DNA of 63,977 nucleotides, counting the filler, from Choristocarpus tenellus KU-1152 (taxonomy: Eukaryota > Protista > Phaeophyceae): NCBI GenBank assembly GCA_964200185.2. It is 12 parts of 12 records of this genome, joined end to end, with 100 filler letters (N's around TTAATTAATTAA, not from the genome) between each part and the next. Parts side by side here need not be neighbours in the genome. Positions count along the whole stretch, not along the records: positions 1 to 7,290 come from CAXNAD020006395.1; positions 7,391 to 27,313 come from CAXNAD020000432.1; 10 more parts are not named here. One strand, 5' to 3'. The notes under the pieces were generated by a model. It searched no databases, was not told the DNA's origin, and was given only the letters and a program-made list of their open reading frames with translations. The translations under genes and the position numbers were made by a program. Below are positions 1-13,700 of this stretch, piece after piece (within the stretch, counting starts at the first letter, position 1; every line of letters starts with the position of its first letter).

Positions 1-177
1 AAAGGGGGGGGGGGGGGGGGGGGTGTGGCCGTCCACTCAGGTCCAATTTTTCCACGTCATGATGTTTGGGTGATTTGGTTGCTTGCGTCGGATGGATAAT
101 GTACGTGCACTTCTCCTGGTCAGGACCCGAATAGACACCTGGAGTAGACAGCCCCAACCCCTCCGATACTTCGAGCC
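1..177 (+). mobile_element. Short MITE (family S), left end collapsed in poly-G
   Basis: Internal sequence (gtcca...tttgggtgatttggttgc...tcggatggataat...gacacctgg-gtagac) and right end GATACTTCGAGCC match the complete copy at 14375-14541. Confidence 0.8.
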
Positions 178-582
178 TGGCTCGGGACAAACATCAGTCA
201 CGACCTGCCCTCCTACACGTAGTACTCTACCATGCAATTCACGTAGGAGACACCCCCTACTGCTGGAACCCCAACCCCCATTTTTCCATCTTTTGTTGTG
301 TGGCACATTGACCAACAGATCCATTTTGTTTTGCACTTAGAAAAGGATGTCAAGCATAAGTTAGGGTAATTCATCCGGCACATTCACGGCATAATTCCCT
401 CCCTTATTTCAAGCCATGCAAACTTCAGCCTTTTTGTCCAACGTTATGGGGGGTTTTCCGTTTGTTGAACTTGCACTTGTCCGATGTGCAATAGATCACT
501 GCTCAGTGCATGACCCAAATATTATGGGTAACGTATTGCCAATAACAAAATAATAAGAAACAGTCTCACGAATCAGGTAGTT

Positions 583-840
583 AAGTCAAAGTATCTAAGA
601 GGGTAGAGCCGCGTCCATTTGGGGTCCAAATCCAATGTTGCAATTTTGATGTAATTTTGGATGTTGTGTTTGTTAGGAAGTGTCAATAACCTTGTTCCGG
701 GCACACCTTTTCATAACGTATACATTTACCTTCTCCGAAATATTTTGGAGTAGAAAAACGTCATAAAAAACCCCCGAGGGAAGCCAAGCCATAAATGGAC
801 AAACAGGGCAAAACTCGTACCCTCTAAGATACTTTCACTC
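583..840 (+). mobile_element. ~257-bp MITE (family A)
   Basis: TIRs AAGTCAAAGTATCTAAGAGGGTA ... TACCCTCTAAGATACTTTCACTC. Flanked by a 4-bp duplication AGTT (579-582, 841-844). Eight or more other copies occur in the window. Confidence 0.92.
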
Positions 841-1277
841 AGTTGTCTAGAACTACGCATATCTCACTTTCTTGCCTGATAAGACAATTGCATCTATGGT
901 CCTAACATTGCATCATATGTCGATCCATAGCAGCATGTGTGCATGGCGTAATTGGACATGATATTATCTAACACTGTTGTAAGCCCAGGATGAACGAATG
1001 GGTCAATGCCGCGTGATGTTGTACAAAGGTGGCTAGTGTTGGTAAGGGATGAGATAATACCGAAATCACATTGTGATGTGCCCAATAAAGTGCCTTATCT
1101 TACGCTTGGCATCTTTCACTTTGAACAAAAAATTGATGCAGCATCTAAGCTGATGCAAAAATAATGTGGAGTGACTCCCTCAAAATAGGGTAGGGCCGTC
1201 GGGATTCCACACCAGGGGTGGCCATGTGCATAGGAACCACCTCTTGTAGAGGCCAAACAGAGTCCTATCCTTCCTCC

Positions 1278-1501
1278 ACCCCTGCCACTTGGGTGAAAGA
1301 TTCTCCTCCGACTCTATAGCATATTTTTCCTTTTCTGTGTTAGCATTGTGTTACACCATCTGCCAACTGCACCTACCTCCTTATGTAACTTAGGTGCTGA
1401 GCCTTTTCCCTTCCAGTGCCATATCGAGTTCTCTTCACATGTTGATTTACCCCTGCCACTTGGGTGAAAGACTCACCTCCTTCGACTCTATAGCATATTT
1501 T
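1278..1501. repeat. ~50-bp direct repeat, two copies
   Basis: acccctgccacttgggtgaaaga-tc-cctcc--cgactctatagcatatttt occurs at ~1278-1328 and ~1449-1501. Confidence 0.85.
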
Positions 1502-2312
1502 GCATATTTGGCAGTGCAATTCCTCACACAAGATGATACTTTGACCTATAACCCTTCTGAACATGCTGGCTCGACCATAAGACTTTGTACTCCATCCCTT
1601 CTACACAGTGGTAGCAGTAACGCAATATTGTTGTTACCACTTCTATTGGAACTCCCCCACATTCATATTATTGTACACACGAAGATAATGTAGCAAGTAT
1701 ATCTTGCACTCCCAAGTCCTTAAATTTCTATTGACATCAAGATAGAGCTAATTTAGATGAGTGTTTTACTGAGATACTCAAAATACTTTCTACTACATTG
1801 TGCGACAATTCAACTCTCTACTACTCTTTACTACTCTTGAGAACGTGGTTTCCTCTTATCAATAACAACTGCGACATAGATTGTCAGGTGTCATGTTACA
1901 TCCATAATAGAGCTAGATACATATAGGAGGTGCACACCCAAGAATCCCTGGTTGTTCTGCTCGAATTACTACAGTAATCACGCCAACAGGCATAAGCCTA
2001 GCACTAGGCGAGTACCTTGTATAGCAAATGGATTCAGGCGTTATATGGATGGTGGGTATTATAGAGCAACTGGACACAGTCGAATGTTCTAGGACCTCAG
2101 TATTGGTCCTCAGTATTGGTGAGTTATGCCTTTTCCAGAAGGTAAAAAAATGCTATACCGTGTGTCTGATTATACTTCATTTCATCGTCCAGTCGGATTT
2201 GCAGAGTCCGATCACCCCTTCCCATAAAATTTTTTTTCTCTAAGGTATGAATTCGATTTCCCAGTCAGCTCCATCCACACTCAACTGCACTGTATTGCAA
2301 CTATGTAGTATT

Positions 2313-2565
2313 GAGCCAAAGTAAACGAGAGGTTCCCAGAGGTACATTAGAAGGATGCTGACAAAATATGAAAAAATCCTTTTTTCAAATGTGTACAGGA
2401 TCATTTTCTTAATTGTGTCGGAAAAGTTTCAAAAAAAAGAGAAATAAACGCTCTCAAGTCAAACTTAGAGCTTCATAGACTCTTTTTGTGAATTATAAAG
2501 CATTGCAAACCAGACTCGAAATGCAAATCAATGAAAACGTGGGTAATTCTCGTTTGCTTTGACTC
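2313..2565. mobile_element. 253-bp MITE (family C) sharing the GAG-CAAAG terminus
   Basis: 18-bp TIRs GAGCCAAAGTAAACGAGA ... TCTCGTTTGCTTTGACTC. 3-bp duplication ATT (2310-2312, 2566-2568). Interior is unrelated to families A and S. Confidence 0.8.
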
Positions 2566-2952
2566 ATTCATCTCACACAAATCAGCCCCATATAGATTTG
2601 ACAGCAATAACAAGGAATATCCTCGCAGAGACCACATCCCCATTGGTAGTGTCCACTACTAGGATGTCACTCTTAATCTTATAGTAATTATCATGTGTCA
2701 GCATGTAGGGACTAACGAGTAGTAATCCTGACCTTGACTTTTTTTGTAGCATTGAGCTTACCAATCTCCATGCCCTACAGAGAGTCAAAATTGTGGTAAA
2801 ATGCTCCATTTTGACGCACAAAGATTGATATATAAGAATGTACACTCGACAATTTGCAGAACAGTTGCCTGTACAGGTGAACTTTCAAAACGAAATAGTT
2901 TACCTCAGCTACACACTACTCGTTCTGTGATATTACGGGCAGGTGGGATGGA

Positions 2953-3216
2953 GACCCAAAGCATTTAGGGTAGGGATTTTGCCCTGTTTGTCCGTTTGGG
3001 GCTTGGCTTCCCACGGGTTTTGTGCCCTTTTTCGGTTCACTGTGTGAACACAGTTACCTACTCCGAAACACTTCGGAGCACGACGATGAAAGGTGTGTCC
3101 AGAGCAAGGATATTTGCACTTGCTAAAAAACACGATGGGAAATATTAATCAAAATCATAGCATTGGATTTATGACCCTGAACGGACTTGGCACTACCCTC
3201 TTAAATGCTTTGGGTC
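2953..3216 (-). mobile_element. MITE family A, subfamily A' (AAAGCATTT TIR)
   Basis: TIRs GACCCAAAGCATTT ... AAATGCTTTGGGTC. 4-bp duplication TGGA. Interior is homologous to family A. Confidence 0.88.
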
Positions 3217-3413
3217 TGGAGCCTCCCCCCAGTACCTGCAGTAGATCGACTGAACCAAGAGATAGAGAGGTATGTATTAATTGTGTTGATACCTCAATTT
3301 TTTCTTCCATCACACACAGCACGCAGAGTTCAAAGCACCCTTTACATTCATGGTCCACACTCGGTCACCCTTTTTCTTGAGTAATTGTTTTCACTGGAAT
3401 CCACGGGACATAC

Positions 3414-3670
3414 GAGTCAAAGTATCTTAGAGGGTACAGCCGCGTCCAAATGGGGGTCAAAATCCAATGTTGCGATTTTGATGTAATTTTGGCTGTTGTG
3501 TTTGTTAGGAAGTGTCAATATCCTTGCTCCGGATACACATTTCATAACGTATACATTTTACCTATTCCGAAACATTTTGGAGTAGGAAAATGTCATCAAA
3601 AAAACATGGGAAGTCAAGCCCCAAACGGACAAACAGGGCAAAACTCGTACCCTCTAAGATACTTCCACTC
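3414..3670 (+). mobile_element. MITE family A
   Basis: GAGTCAAAGTATCTTAGAGGGTA ... TACCCTCTAAGATACTTCCACTC. 3-bp duplication TAC. Confidence 0.92.
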
Positions 3671-4899
3671 TACATTTTATCACTAATTTAGCTCCACGAC
3701 CAAATTCCGCTGGAAAAAACAAAAACATTCCAACTACTTCATCGCGTCAGTCTTATTTTGTGGCACACCATGTCGATGAAACATATATTGATATGTCACA
3801 ACGTCAACAGTAGCACCATGTCAATATTGTCACGTCTACCCCCAATATTCTAACTGGGAAAATTCTTGGATTTCCCGCAAATATATCTGCAGTCCCCTCC
3901 CCATATCGACCGAATATATCTCACTTTTCCGCCAACTCATAATTCAGCTGCAAAACATACAGACATCCCCCAGCTATGGGGGCCCTTTAATCTACTTTTA
4001 TTTCCTACGTGAACATCATTTTCTCAGCTCACAGTGCACAGCATGTTGATATCATTTGCCACAAGAGGTAGCCCTCAGTTTGTGTTTCCATTCAACACTA
4101 TGAAGCTAACAACATCCAGTATAACACAGGGCAAGAAAGATTTTCCCACAAATGTGCCAACAATTGTGGCAAGCAGACAGGCTGATTGACAGGCATATAC
4201 TTTGTTGCACTGGAGTCGACTCTCTGGGCAACCCTCTACTATGAACAGCTTTGCTCGGCTATCCACCTCTCTTTGCCCCTACTAATGGTCCATAGGACAG
4301 ACACACAGTAAAAAGCGCTGCAGCAAGCAATGTCCACCACTCTGAAGTGAAATGTACACCTGGTCCACATATTTGCTCAAGATCTAGGATGAGAGTCCCT
4401 ATGAGTTATAATGTGACAACTGAAAAAATAGATACCTGGCTTGAACAACAGCACATCAATTAAGTACTGGTAGGTATTTGAAGAGACAGAATACCTTGTT
4501 AAGATCCTTCCCCATCCAGTCTTCTACTACACACTGGTGTAGTTGCAAAATGATTATATATTCACTTGGACATTATATCTCTAGATCGCCAATAGAAAGA
4601 AAATTTAGCTGACCTTGTTCTTATCTCCAAAACAAACCGTAACTGGTAAAACTTGAGAAGGAAAAGAGGGCCCAGCACCAAAAGCACCACTGCATCCACG
4701 AACCAGAACCACAAAATAACTGCCCAAAAACGTATGTAGAAGAGAGCGGTACAAAAGATTGGTGAAGAGGTGAGGAGTATAAATATATTTCTTCTGCTTA
4801 AATCAAACACAAAATCGAGGACTATACCCAAATGCCACTGTATTGTCTGCAGGACGGCGAAAGTTAAAGGTGGTTTCTACTAGTACAGTGCAGTCGAAA

Positions 4900-5800
4900 C
4901 CTATATTTATTAAGTCAGTACGAACTGCAAGGCGTCAGGGGGGGGAGATCATGGAAGATGTGGTGAGAACAGTGAGGTACGTCCATTCCATCTCTCGAAA
5001 CTATTGATGGAAAAACGGTAGCAACCCCACCTAGCCCACAATAAAAAAAAAATTGACCCTGGATTTCGATGGGGGTGACAGAATCAAAGTAAAAATACGA
5101 ACCTCCTCTAACTTCACGTCTTTACTTCAATGCTCAGGGAGTTTACCATATTCAAAATTTCAACAAATTGGTGAGATAGTTGTCCGTTGTTGCGGACACT
5201 ATTGTGTATGGCATAGGATGGTAAGGCGAGTTAAACTACTTCTACAGATGTTGGCTTCACGGCTTTGGACAATTTGACTTTAATACTAGTAGTCAATAGC
5301 GACGATGAAAAATTTCGTTGGAGCAGGGTAGTGTAGGAAATCAGTATCTAACAAGAGGCATCACGCCATGGCTTGGATATGTAAGAATGGCCGAGTGTTT
5401 GCTCACCCCTATCCACGAACGTGTTGGCCAAGAGAACAACCATGTCGGGGGGTGGTTGAGGTGGCACGAAAACTGGAGCCCCATCGGAGTTCCCAAAACT
5501 TGATGGTAGTCCCACGTCTTCCGACTCACCTGCAAAAGGTGTTGTTTGCACAAGCAAAGCTCAGTTTACAGGGACAGGAGCAAGCAATGTGAGATTTGAG
5601 ATGCTTTCCTCAAATAGAACGCTGCATAGTCATGGGATTACCAATGGTCATCTCAAACACCTAGAGATCGTTCAGTCGGCAATTCGGAATTCGTCCTGCA
5701 AAGTTATACTCCGGAGTACAATCATCGCACGATGCCCCTTGCAGGCCTCGGTCTTCAACACTACACCTCCACAGAATAATGTACCTACAGGCTGGCTTCA
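4900..5800 (-). mobile_element. Degenerate Penelope-like retroelement RT fragment
   Basis: The minus strand reads YHQVLGTPMGLQFS (~5466-5507), matching the PLE RT motif Y-x-Q-x-x-G-x-x-M-G. About 170 nt downstream is a frameshifted RRY(I)D-like motif (~5292-5303). Boundaries are approximate. Confidence 0.55.
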
Positions 5801-6799
5801 ACATTCTCTTTAGTCAACAACTCAGAACTCACCTACATCAGAGGACATAATCAAAACTCTCTCTAGTGGACGAAATGCCTCGACTGTGGAAAAAGACCCA
5901 ACCAGTTTCCCGCCAGCATATGGTGGATGTGTGTAAGGTGACCTGGTGTGAATCGGATCAGAGAAACATTTCTGGATGTCTCCAACCAATAAATTGTGTA
6001 ATGAAAGATTGATAGAGCGGTCTTACATGATTTATTTGAGTTAACTTCAGTTTGTACAATAATGTTGTGGGTGTTTGCACATGGTTAAGTCTTCTTTATC
6101 ATGACGGTGTGGGACACGCTGGACACATGGTGAAGGGGCTTTGGATCCAAATCAAGTCGAGACCCGCTCCGAATATCTAAATATTTCCAACCATTTGTGG
6201 AATAAGCAACGGTCAACTGCAAATTGCAACATAGAGTTTCAACCATATATTATATAATACTCCTAATTATTTGTTTATGTGAGAGTATGAAACTACTACA
6301 GATATCCAGGTGGATTGGGAAAGAGTAACGAAGAATAGAATGCTTTGACCAATGATCAACAACGAGAAAATTCTCTGGGAAGTCATCAACTAATCATGAG
6401 GAGAATTTGGACGTACTTGTGGACCTGTAAGAATAATATGAGTAACCATACCTCTAATCGTAACACTTTTTATGAGTGGAAAGCTCTGAGCGACTTCCTT
6501 CATAACCAAGTGGAGATTTTCCTCAACGAGTTGATACCCCATTCAATAGAGGGGAGAGGGCCTGGGGGGTATTGTTGGAAAGGGGCTGACTGTCAACTCT
6601 CGTTTGAAACAGAGTGCGTCCGTCACTGCAACTCTGGCTCTGTGGAGACGTGCATTATCCTTTTTCACATAGACACGCTGGGCAGGTGGGCAAGAAGGGG
6701 CTTGACAGATTCTTGAGTGCTTCCCAGTCTCCTCACCTCCATTCTTTTATGGTTAGGTTCGAAGCATAGTGTGCACAATAAATAGTAGAGCACAATCTC

Positions 6800-7200
6800 C
6801 AAAGGGACATTATTGCATTGTTAGTTTCCAAATAGTATATATTTAGGCAGGTGGTATCTAGCCATTGATGACAACCGTTGTATCTATAGTACTAGTCCTT
6901 GTCATAACATAGTGTTTGGTCTTGATTTTGTTGGAATACTCTCCCAACTGCATTAGAGATAGGTAGTAGTAGACATGTAGAGTCAGTACGTAAGAGTTGT
7001 TAGTTGGTAAACCCATGGTTGTTCTTGTGTATGAATGGACGGATAGGAATTGGCTTTATTGACGATGGTGCTTCAAGGTTATATGATCGTCTCTCTGCTT
7101 CAGAATATCACTCTACGAAATTTTGCATCATCCCTTTAATTATCACTACTATCCATACATGAGTCGGGGTATACTTCAACACAATATAATGAACCTTAGG
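6800..7200 (+). mobile_element. Degenerate Ty1/copia integrase fragment
   Basis: tttattgacgatggtgcttcaagg reads FIDDGASR (~7055-7078), resembling the copia integrase FIDDxSR motif. Many stops surround it. Confidence 0.35.
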
Positions 7201-7221
7201 TTTCTACCTGTACCTATCATG

Positions 7222-7290
7222 GAGTGAAAGTATCTTAGAGGGTACGAGTTTTTCCCTGTTTGTCCATTTGGGGCTTGGCTTCCCATGGGC
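7222..7290 (-). mobile_element. MITE family A, truncated by contig end
   Basis: GAGTGAAAGTATCTTAGAGGGTACGAG terminus followed by family-A interior up to the gap. Confidence 0.88.
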
Positions 7291-7390
7291 NNNNNNNNNN
7301 NNNNNNNNNNNNNNNNNNNNNNNNNNNNNNNNNNTTAATTAATTAANNNNNNNNNNNNNNNNNNNNNNNNNNNNNNNNNNNNNNNNNNNN
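7291..7390. other. Artificial contig spacer N44-TTAATTAATTAA-N44 (11 copies in the window)
   Basis: Identical 100-nt spacers lie at 7291, 27314, 30017, 32934, 35934, 39115, 42305, 45122, 49738, 54245 and 60418. The 12-mer puts stops in all six frames. Confidence 0.97.
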
Positions 7391-7494
7391 TTTGGTTGCA
7401 TGCGGCCGATGGATAATTAAAATACACTTTTCCTGATTTTGCTCCCAATGAACCCCCTGGTGTAGACCCCCCCCCCCCCCAGATACTTTGGGTC
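7391..7494 (+). mobile_element. MITE family S, truncated by contig start
   Basis: tggtgtagacccc...cagatactttgggtc right end. Confidence 0.85.
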
Positions 7495-7724
7495 AACAAG
7501 GTTGGAAATCAAATTATCTTTTGCAAAACTGGCTCTTCCAGGTTGATGTATCATGGGGTTAGGGCAGCAGTTAAACTGGTGAATAGTGAGAGAGGTTCAC
7601 AAATACAAGCCCTGACAGCACTGAGTACTAACATATACTCTTGAGCGTGAAATATAGCTCTCAAGACGATTTTTTGTTTGGGTCATCTCATCTCTTCAAC
7701 ATGTTTTAATTGTATGCTGTCAAG

Positions 7725-10700
7725 GTCCAAGATAGCACCAACGCTGCTGACTCTGAAGCAGAAACGACAGGTGACAGGACGTGCTCCCTTGCCCCAAAAA
7801 GTTCAGAGTGCGAGACAGTAGTAACAATGGAGGTTGAGCATAGCATCATGGGTGAGAAGGACTGGACCCATTCAAATATTTTTTCCTCACCTGAGCTCTA
7901 TGGTTGCACCCTCCTCCAATTCTATAATCTTTGCATCAATATGAGTTTATACTTGTTTGAACAGAGTCATCCTATGACCTATTGTTGTATTTCCTGGCAA
8001 CACCTATTAAATGCCCCAGGCCCCTCCATATATATATAGGAAAGTTCAAAGTGTAACTTTTGGAAACTTGCATTGAAACTAAGGTAGCTAAACTATACTT
8101 CAAAGTATCAAGCACGTACATACACACAACCATTTTTCTCACTTGCTGTACTGGCATCCTTTCAATACACTGTAATACTCATTCATCACCCTATGCTTAG
8201 GAGCCCCATTTCATTTTTTTTCACAACATTGGAACATTTTTGTGGAAGTTAGGATTTGAGGTAGGGTTAGGGGTAGTGTTGGAGTTACGCCAGTAGTCAT
8301 GTTAGGATAGAGTGTGCCCCCCATCTCAGGAGACAACCACTTCACTTCCAACCCTAATTCAAACCCGAATTATGAAATTTCTTCAAGAGTGGAGGTATAT
8401 TATTAAGCAATGGGTTTGTTAGTAAGTGCCAGAGGGGGTGTCTCCTAAGTGCGAGATGATGGCTAAGCACTTCACAACACTTTTCCAACCTCTTATAAAG
8501 CACAGCCCAATTGCAGTTGTAGGGCATGAGTTTAATTCCATTCTTACAGGCATTGCACATGTTCTAGCACACATTACCTCTAGCACGTAACGCTTCATAC
8601 AAATTTCACAATTTATCTTATTCTCGTCCTTAAATACCTGTATACAATTTACAGCCCTAGCAAAAAAACAATTATCAAAAAACTATCTTCTACTCTGAAA
8701 TACAGGGGACATCAGTGGTTTTCCCTCATTCTCACCCTGACACGTCTGTATGCAATTTACAGTCCTCGCAAAATAACATTATTCCAAAGAATACATTCTA
8801 CTCCATAACGCAGGGGACATCAATGGTGATCTTCGGAGGGAGGAAGGGGATTCACCAAGGACCGAGCAGTTCTTCTTCTGTTCCAAGCCGGTAAAACGAA
8901 ATAGTGCCCACTTCACCTCAAATATTTTGTCATGCAGAACCCCAGAGCTATTTTTGAATGAGTCCTATCGAGTCCGTCCTCTCATTGGATTAGACTGGGC
9001 CTGCTATGGAGATTCTTCATGGTTATATGATGAGAATACTTTGCACTTGTTTCCTTAAATTGACTCACCTGCCTACCCTGACCCTTACATGCCAACCCTC
9101 GCATCCTTTGGTGCTGTCCACTCATCAAAGCAAAACTTGACACATGGGAGACTCTCAAGGCTTCTGCTGTCAATTCATAAGATCCTTGGCTCCAGCCCTC
9201 TGACCACCCCCGTCCTAGGGGATGCTGCCAAGATCAACTACCTGAGCAAGGTCAGAACGATCAGTACAATATTAATGTTGGGCAGTGGTCTTGTGTGCAT
9301 TGAGTGTAAGTTTAATATCCTTGGAGTTAAGGGATACTATGTGTAAGTCAGGTGAAAGTATCTTAGAGGGTATGAGTTTTGCCCTGTTTGTCCATTTGGC
9401 GCTTGTCTTCCCATGGGTTTTTTTTGACATTTTACATACTCCAAAATATTTCGGAGCAGGTAAAATATATACATTATGAAAAGGTGAGTCCGCAACAAGG
9501 ATAATGACACTGCCTAACAAACATGGTAGTCAAAACTACGTCGAAATCGCATCATTGGAGTTTGGCCCCCCAATGGATGCGGCTCTACCCTCTAGGATAC
9601 TTTGGCTCAGTCGAGATCTTGCGAGGCTTATAGGCATGAGATTCAACACGTTGGGCATAGATGGCGATTGTGAGTTGTCACATCCACATACCAGAGATAC
9701 TGTTGATTGCAAGCACTTGATAGAGTGCTGAGGGGTTTGCACCAAACTCACTGCTAAATAATGTTTAGTGATATAGCTGTAGACAGAATAGATCCATACA
9801 AGTCTAACTAAGGATCACATACTAGCATTACATTGGACTAGTTTCTATGCTTGCAGACACATATCATTCCTTGTCCTTATGTTTCCCACAAGATAACAAG
9901 CAAAAGGCAGTTCAGTATAGCCCATACACATTACAAGTTCAAGTGCTTAAATTCCAACTGAATACGAAAAAAAACAGTGCGATTTCTGTTACTAGTCAAG
10001 TATATGTTTGACCCCGCAGCGTATGAGCACTTTGGAATTCGATGCTTGGTAGGGAAAAACTTTGTGTGCCACAAAATATTGAGTGTCTGCTTCACTACTC
10101 AGCATCAGGGCACTATGGAGCTCGATGCCTTATTGTGTGGTGATATGGAGCAGTATCACCCCAAAAGTATCGTTGTCCCCACAATCAAACCCTACTTTTG
10201 GGCCTCGTTTATCCTTCCCTCAAACATGGATGGTGCTGACATGATTGAACGTTGTGTCATTAGGCATGCTGGAACATCGCAGTGAGTTGCCTTAGGTCTG
10301 TCCATGACCCCCTGAGTGCGAAGAAAGTCTGTCTTGACAACCGGTTCACTAATGGTCAGAGAGATGGACCAGCTGAAGAGAAGAAGATCAGTAGCCAGGG
10401 TGACGTGTTAAGCACACTACAAGACTTTGAAAACCGAGGTCTCGATCTCCTGTTGCTCGCCCCTGGATTTTTTCAGGTATGCCTTGTACTTCAAGCAGCA
10501 GTTGCAATGCAACTATATGAACAGCACAAATAAAATGCAGGGTCTGTGTGTAGCTGGTCCAAAACACCTTGTCACATTTGTTTCGTTACTGGTTCGATCA
10601 ACACTTTATTGTATTCTGATTCTATTTGCTGTGATATATATAATGCACTTCTGGGGGATGACCTTCAGTCAACCGAACGAAGCACCCCCAAAGCAATGGT

Positions 10701-13700
10701 TCTGCATGTAATTATTTGTTTTTAAACAATTTGCACACATTCCCAATGGGGACAGAAGTTGCAACAAATACACAAGACTCTAGTATTGGTTAATTAGGAG
10801 ACCTTCGAGTACCATATCCTGTTGAATTTTTTCTACAGTAAGATCAAAATATACGCTGATTCCCTTGTACTTCTAGACTAAAGTAGCTCTACAATGCATC
10901 GAAGCCTATAAATAAATAATTGTTATAATACAATATTGACTTGACTTGCTGATGCATGGCATACTGGAGCTGTTGCCAGTCCTCTGGAGGCCTTGCGTAT
11001 TGATTTTCGATTTGGGTAGTATATATTTGCTACAACTTGTACTCTAGGACACATACACTTCAAGAGCTTGGAACTCCTTTCACAAAGCATGACAAAATGA
11101 CAGAAAACAAACTGAATGGCCTGCTTTGACCGATTTGCACCTGTCACTTCACTTGAGGAAGGCGTCCTGTCAATGGGCAGAGCTGACCGAGGATGCAGAG
11201 GGTACAGGGGCATTGATCTTCAGGCAGACCTCTCGAGTGTTGAGTGCTGTTGCCTGCCTCGAGATCTATGACACAAAGGTAGGGATGGATGAGAATTTGG
11301 GCATGAGCTGGCAGGCAATTGCTCTCTGCTCATTTCTTACATGTCTGTTCATATCACTAGGAAATTCCTTAAGGGCATCCCAAGCCCTGGTATGATCACA
11401 GTTGCCTTAAAAATCTTTGTCTTGGGATAGCATTTGATTAAGTAAATCTTGAGTATTGTAAACAATGTCACAATTATCCTCAAGAATATCTGTATTGGAG
11501 TAGTCAAGGAAAATATATATATATAACATACTATGTCGTACACGAAAACCAAGCAATTCAATGAGGGGTGCGAACCGCTGGATATTGGGTTTTGGCTCTC
11601 TGGGATCGTTTCGGTCTGACTTTTTTTGTTGAGAATCGATGTCATGATAAGGACTATGTGAATATATTTGCAAGAAGATTTATTTGTTTTGATCCTGTTA
11701 TCATGTTGCTGGTTGCCTTACCTGCCCTTTGCAAATCATCCCCGTACCCTAAAAATTATTATCATTTTCTTGAGGAGTAGCATATAATATCAGACGCGAA
11801 CGAGTAGAGATACACCTTAGGTTGTAGGCTTTCCATTCCCATACTATTATGCGTCACATAATATTTTGCAGTCAAATTATTGATCAATCTTCACATATTT
11901 AGACCTCAACAGTAAGGATTATCGGATATAAAGCTGGTGCAGATTTGTGTTACCCTGGATTTTCGACAGGGCAATAACTTAAGCCCATTAGATACATTGA
12001 TCGTGACACACTCGTACTACTTCTTGAGAAAGAAAGTAATGTTTGGAAACTTTAGCATGGGGCAACTGCAACCACCTATCCAGTTTTGTGTCCATTTGGG
12101 GTCAATTTTTTCATGTCGCGATTTTTGGGTTATTTGGTTCCATACGTCGGATGGATACTGTAAATGCACTTTTTCTTATTTTGGCCCAAATGGACAGCCT
12201 GGTGTAGACCCCCCCCACCTCCCAGATACTTTGGTTCATCTTATCGGAAATTTCTCTTACTTTGTACTCTGGGTTAAGAGCAATTTGAGACTCTGGTCTT
12301 CAACCTTCGTGCTCAAAGTAGGGGTGGATACATGGAGAGGTTTTACTGGGTTCCTAGTCAGCATTAGGTTAGACAATAACCAATTGTGTAAATGCAGGAG
12401 AGGCAGGACTGAGGTGTGCCATATAGAGTATTATCCCGGGGAAACAGGAAGTTGTTGTACAGGTAATAGATTTTGTTGAGGAGATCAAATGCCAACAGAA
12501 CTTGACCCTCATTAGAGAAAACAAAAAATATGAGAATCAATATGACCACTGTTCATTGAAGTGTTGGCACCATGTTTTGAAAACGTGATTTTGACGGGTT
12601 ACACTCGACATGATTCAATATCTACCTATGGGATAACCTCGCCTAGTGATTGAAGCTAGGTGCTGGACCTGGTCTGGCACCAGCTTAGAGGATTTTCTGG
12701 CGTGTTTAGGACTCCAATTTCGCTACTGAATCTATTCTAGCAGTGATATAAAACATCAATCTGATTTTCTGCCAGAGCTGGTTGTCTGACTACAGCATTG
12801 CTTCCTGCCTGCTGTTGGTGTGGTTGTGAAAGGATAATAAAATCAGCGTGGGTACTAAACGTTTCATAGTGTTTCACCATGTTCAGCCTCTTCAATGGGC
12901 AGGTCAGAATATAGTGTCGTCTAAAATCCTTAGCAGTGAAATAGACGTACAGATATTTTCCCTTGAGATCTCTTCAAAGAATTATGTAGGCATCATCGAT
13001 ATCTCTCCAACAAGTAGTAGGAGAGGGTTGAGTTCTTAGCAAGGGATCCTCAAGTAAATGTCAGCACATCAGACCCGAGCTACTACGGGGCGTGTTACCT
13101 TTCATCCCCAGCCCTGTATGCCAATCTATCTTCCTCAACTCCTGTTCAATGCTCCTTTCTAAGGCCACATCACCACCAGGCAATCCTTGGACTTCCAATA
13201 TTCAGAAATCTATCAAGCCTTCCAGTAATATAATAACGGCATAATAGAACAACATTGGACACACTAATCTACACAAATAGTGTTTTTCTCTATGAAAACC
13301 ACTGCAGTACCCTGCATTACCTATGATTCATCATCACCCTCAACTGACCGCAAACACTCCTCCAAAATAGGAGAGGTTAAGTGGAGACTGGTGTCAGGGA
13401 ACCCTTGTCCAAGCAGATCGTGCATTACACAATGATGATGAGGCAAGGCTTCCATCTATGGTGCAAACTCATGACGTTATTCATGATGTCAACCTGGTTG
13501 GTGACCCTGGCATGGGACCCACAGGCAAACGTAAAAGCAGGGAGGGAGACAAAACTAACGAGGACACTAAGGACAGGTAGGAAACGCGACATTCAAACCT
13601 AGAAGTACGACATATTTATAGTTTAATATGTGCATGGTAAACAAACTCCACTTCACGGTACATTTGGTGGTCCAATACAGATTTCTCCCGGTGAAATTAG

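Noticed and set aside
3450-3686. Family of similar short ORFs (e.g. SYPLRYFHS, ESILEGTSF) recurring across the window
   Set aside because: They are translations of non-coding MITE family A copies, and the frames are not conserved between copies.
7291-7390. Recurrent TTAATTAATTAA palindrome within N runs as a biological motif
   Set aside because: It is an identical 100-nt construct at all 11 gaps, a six-frame-stop linker added when contigs were concatenated. Adjacency across spacers carries no meaning.
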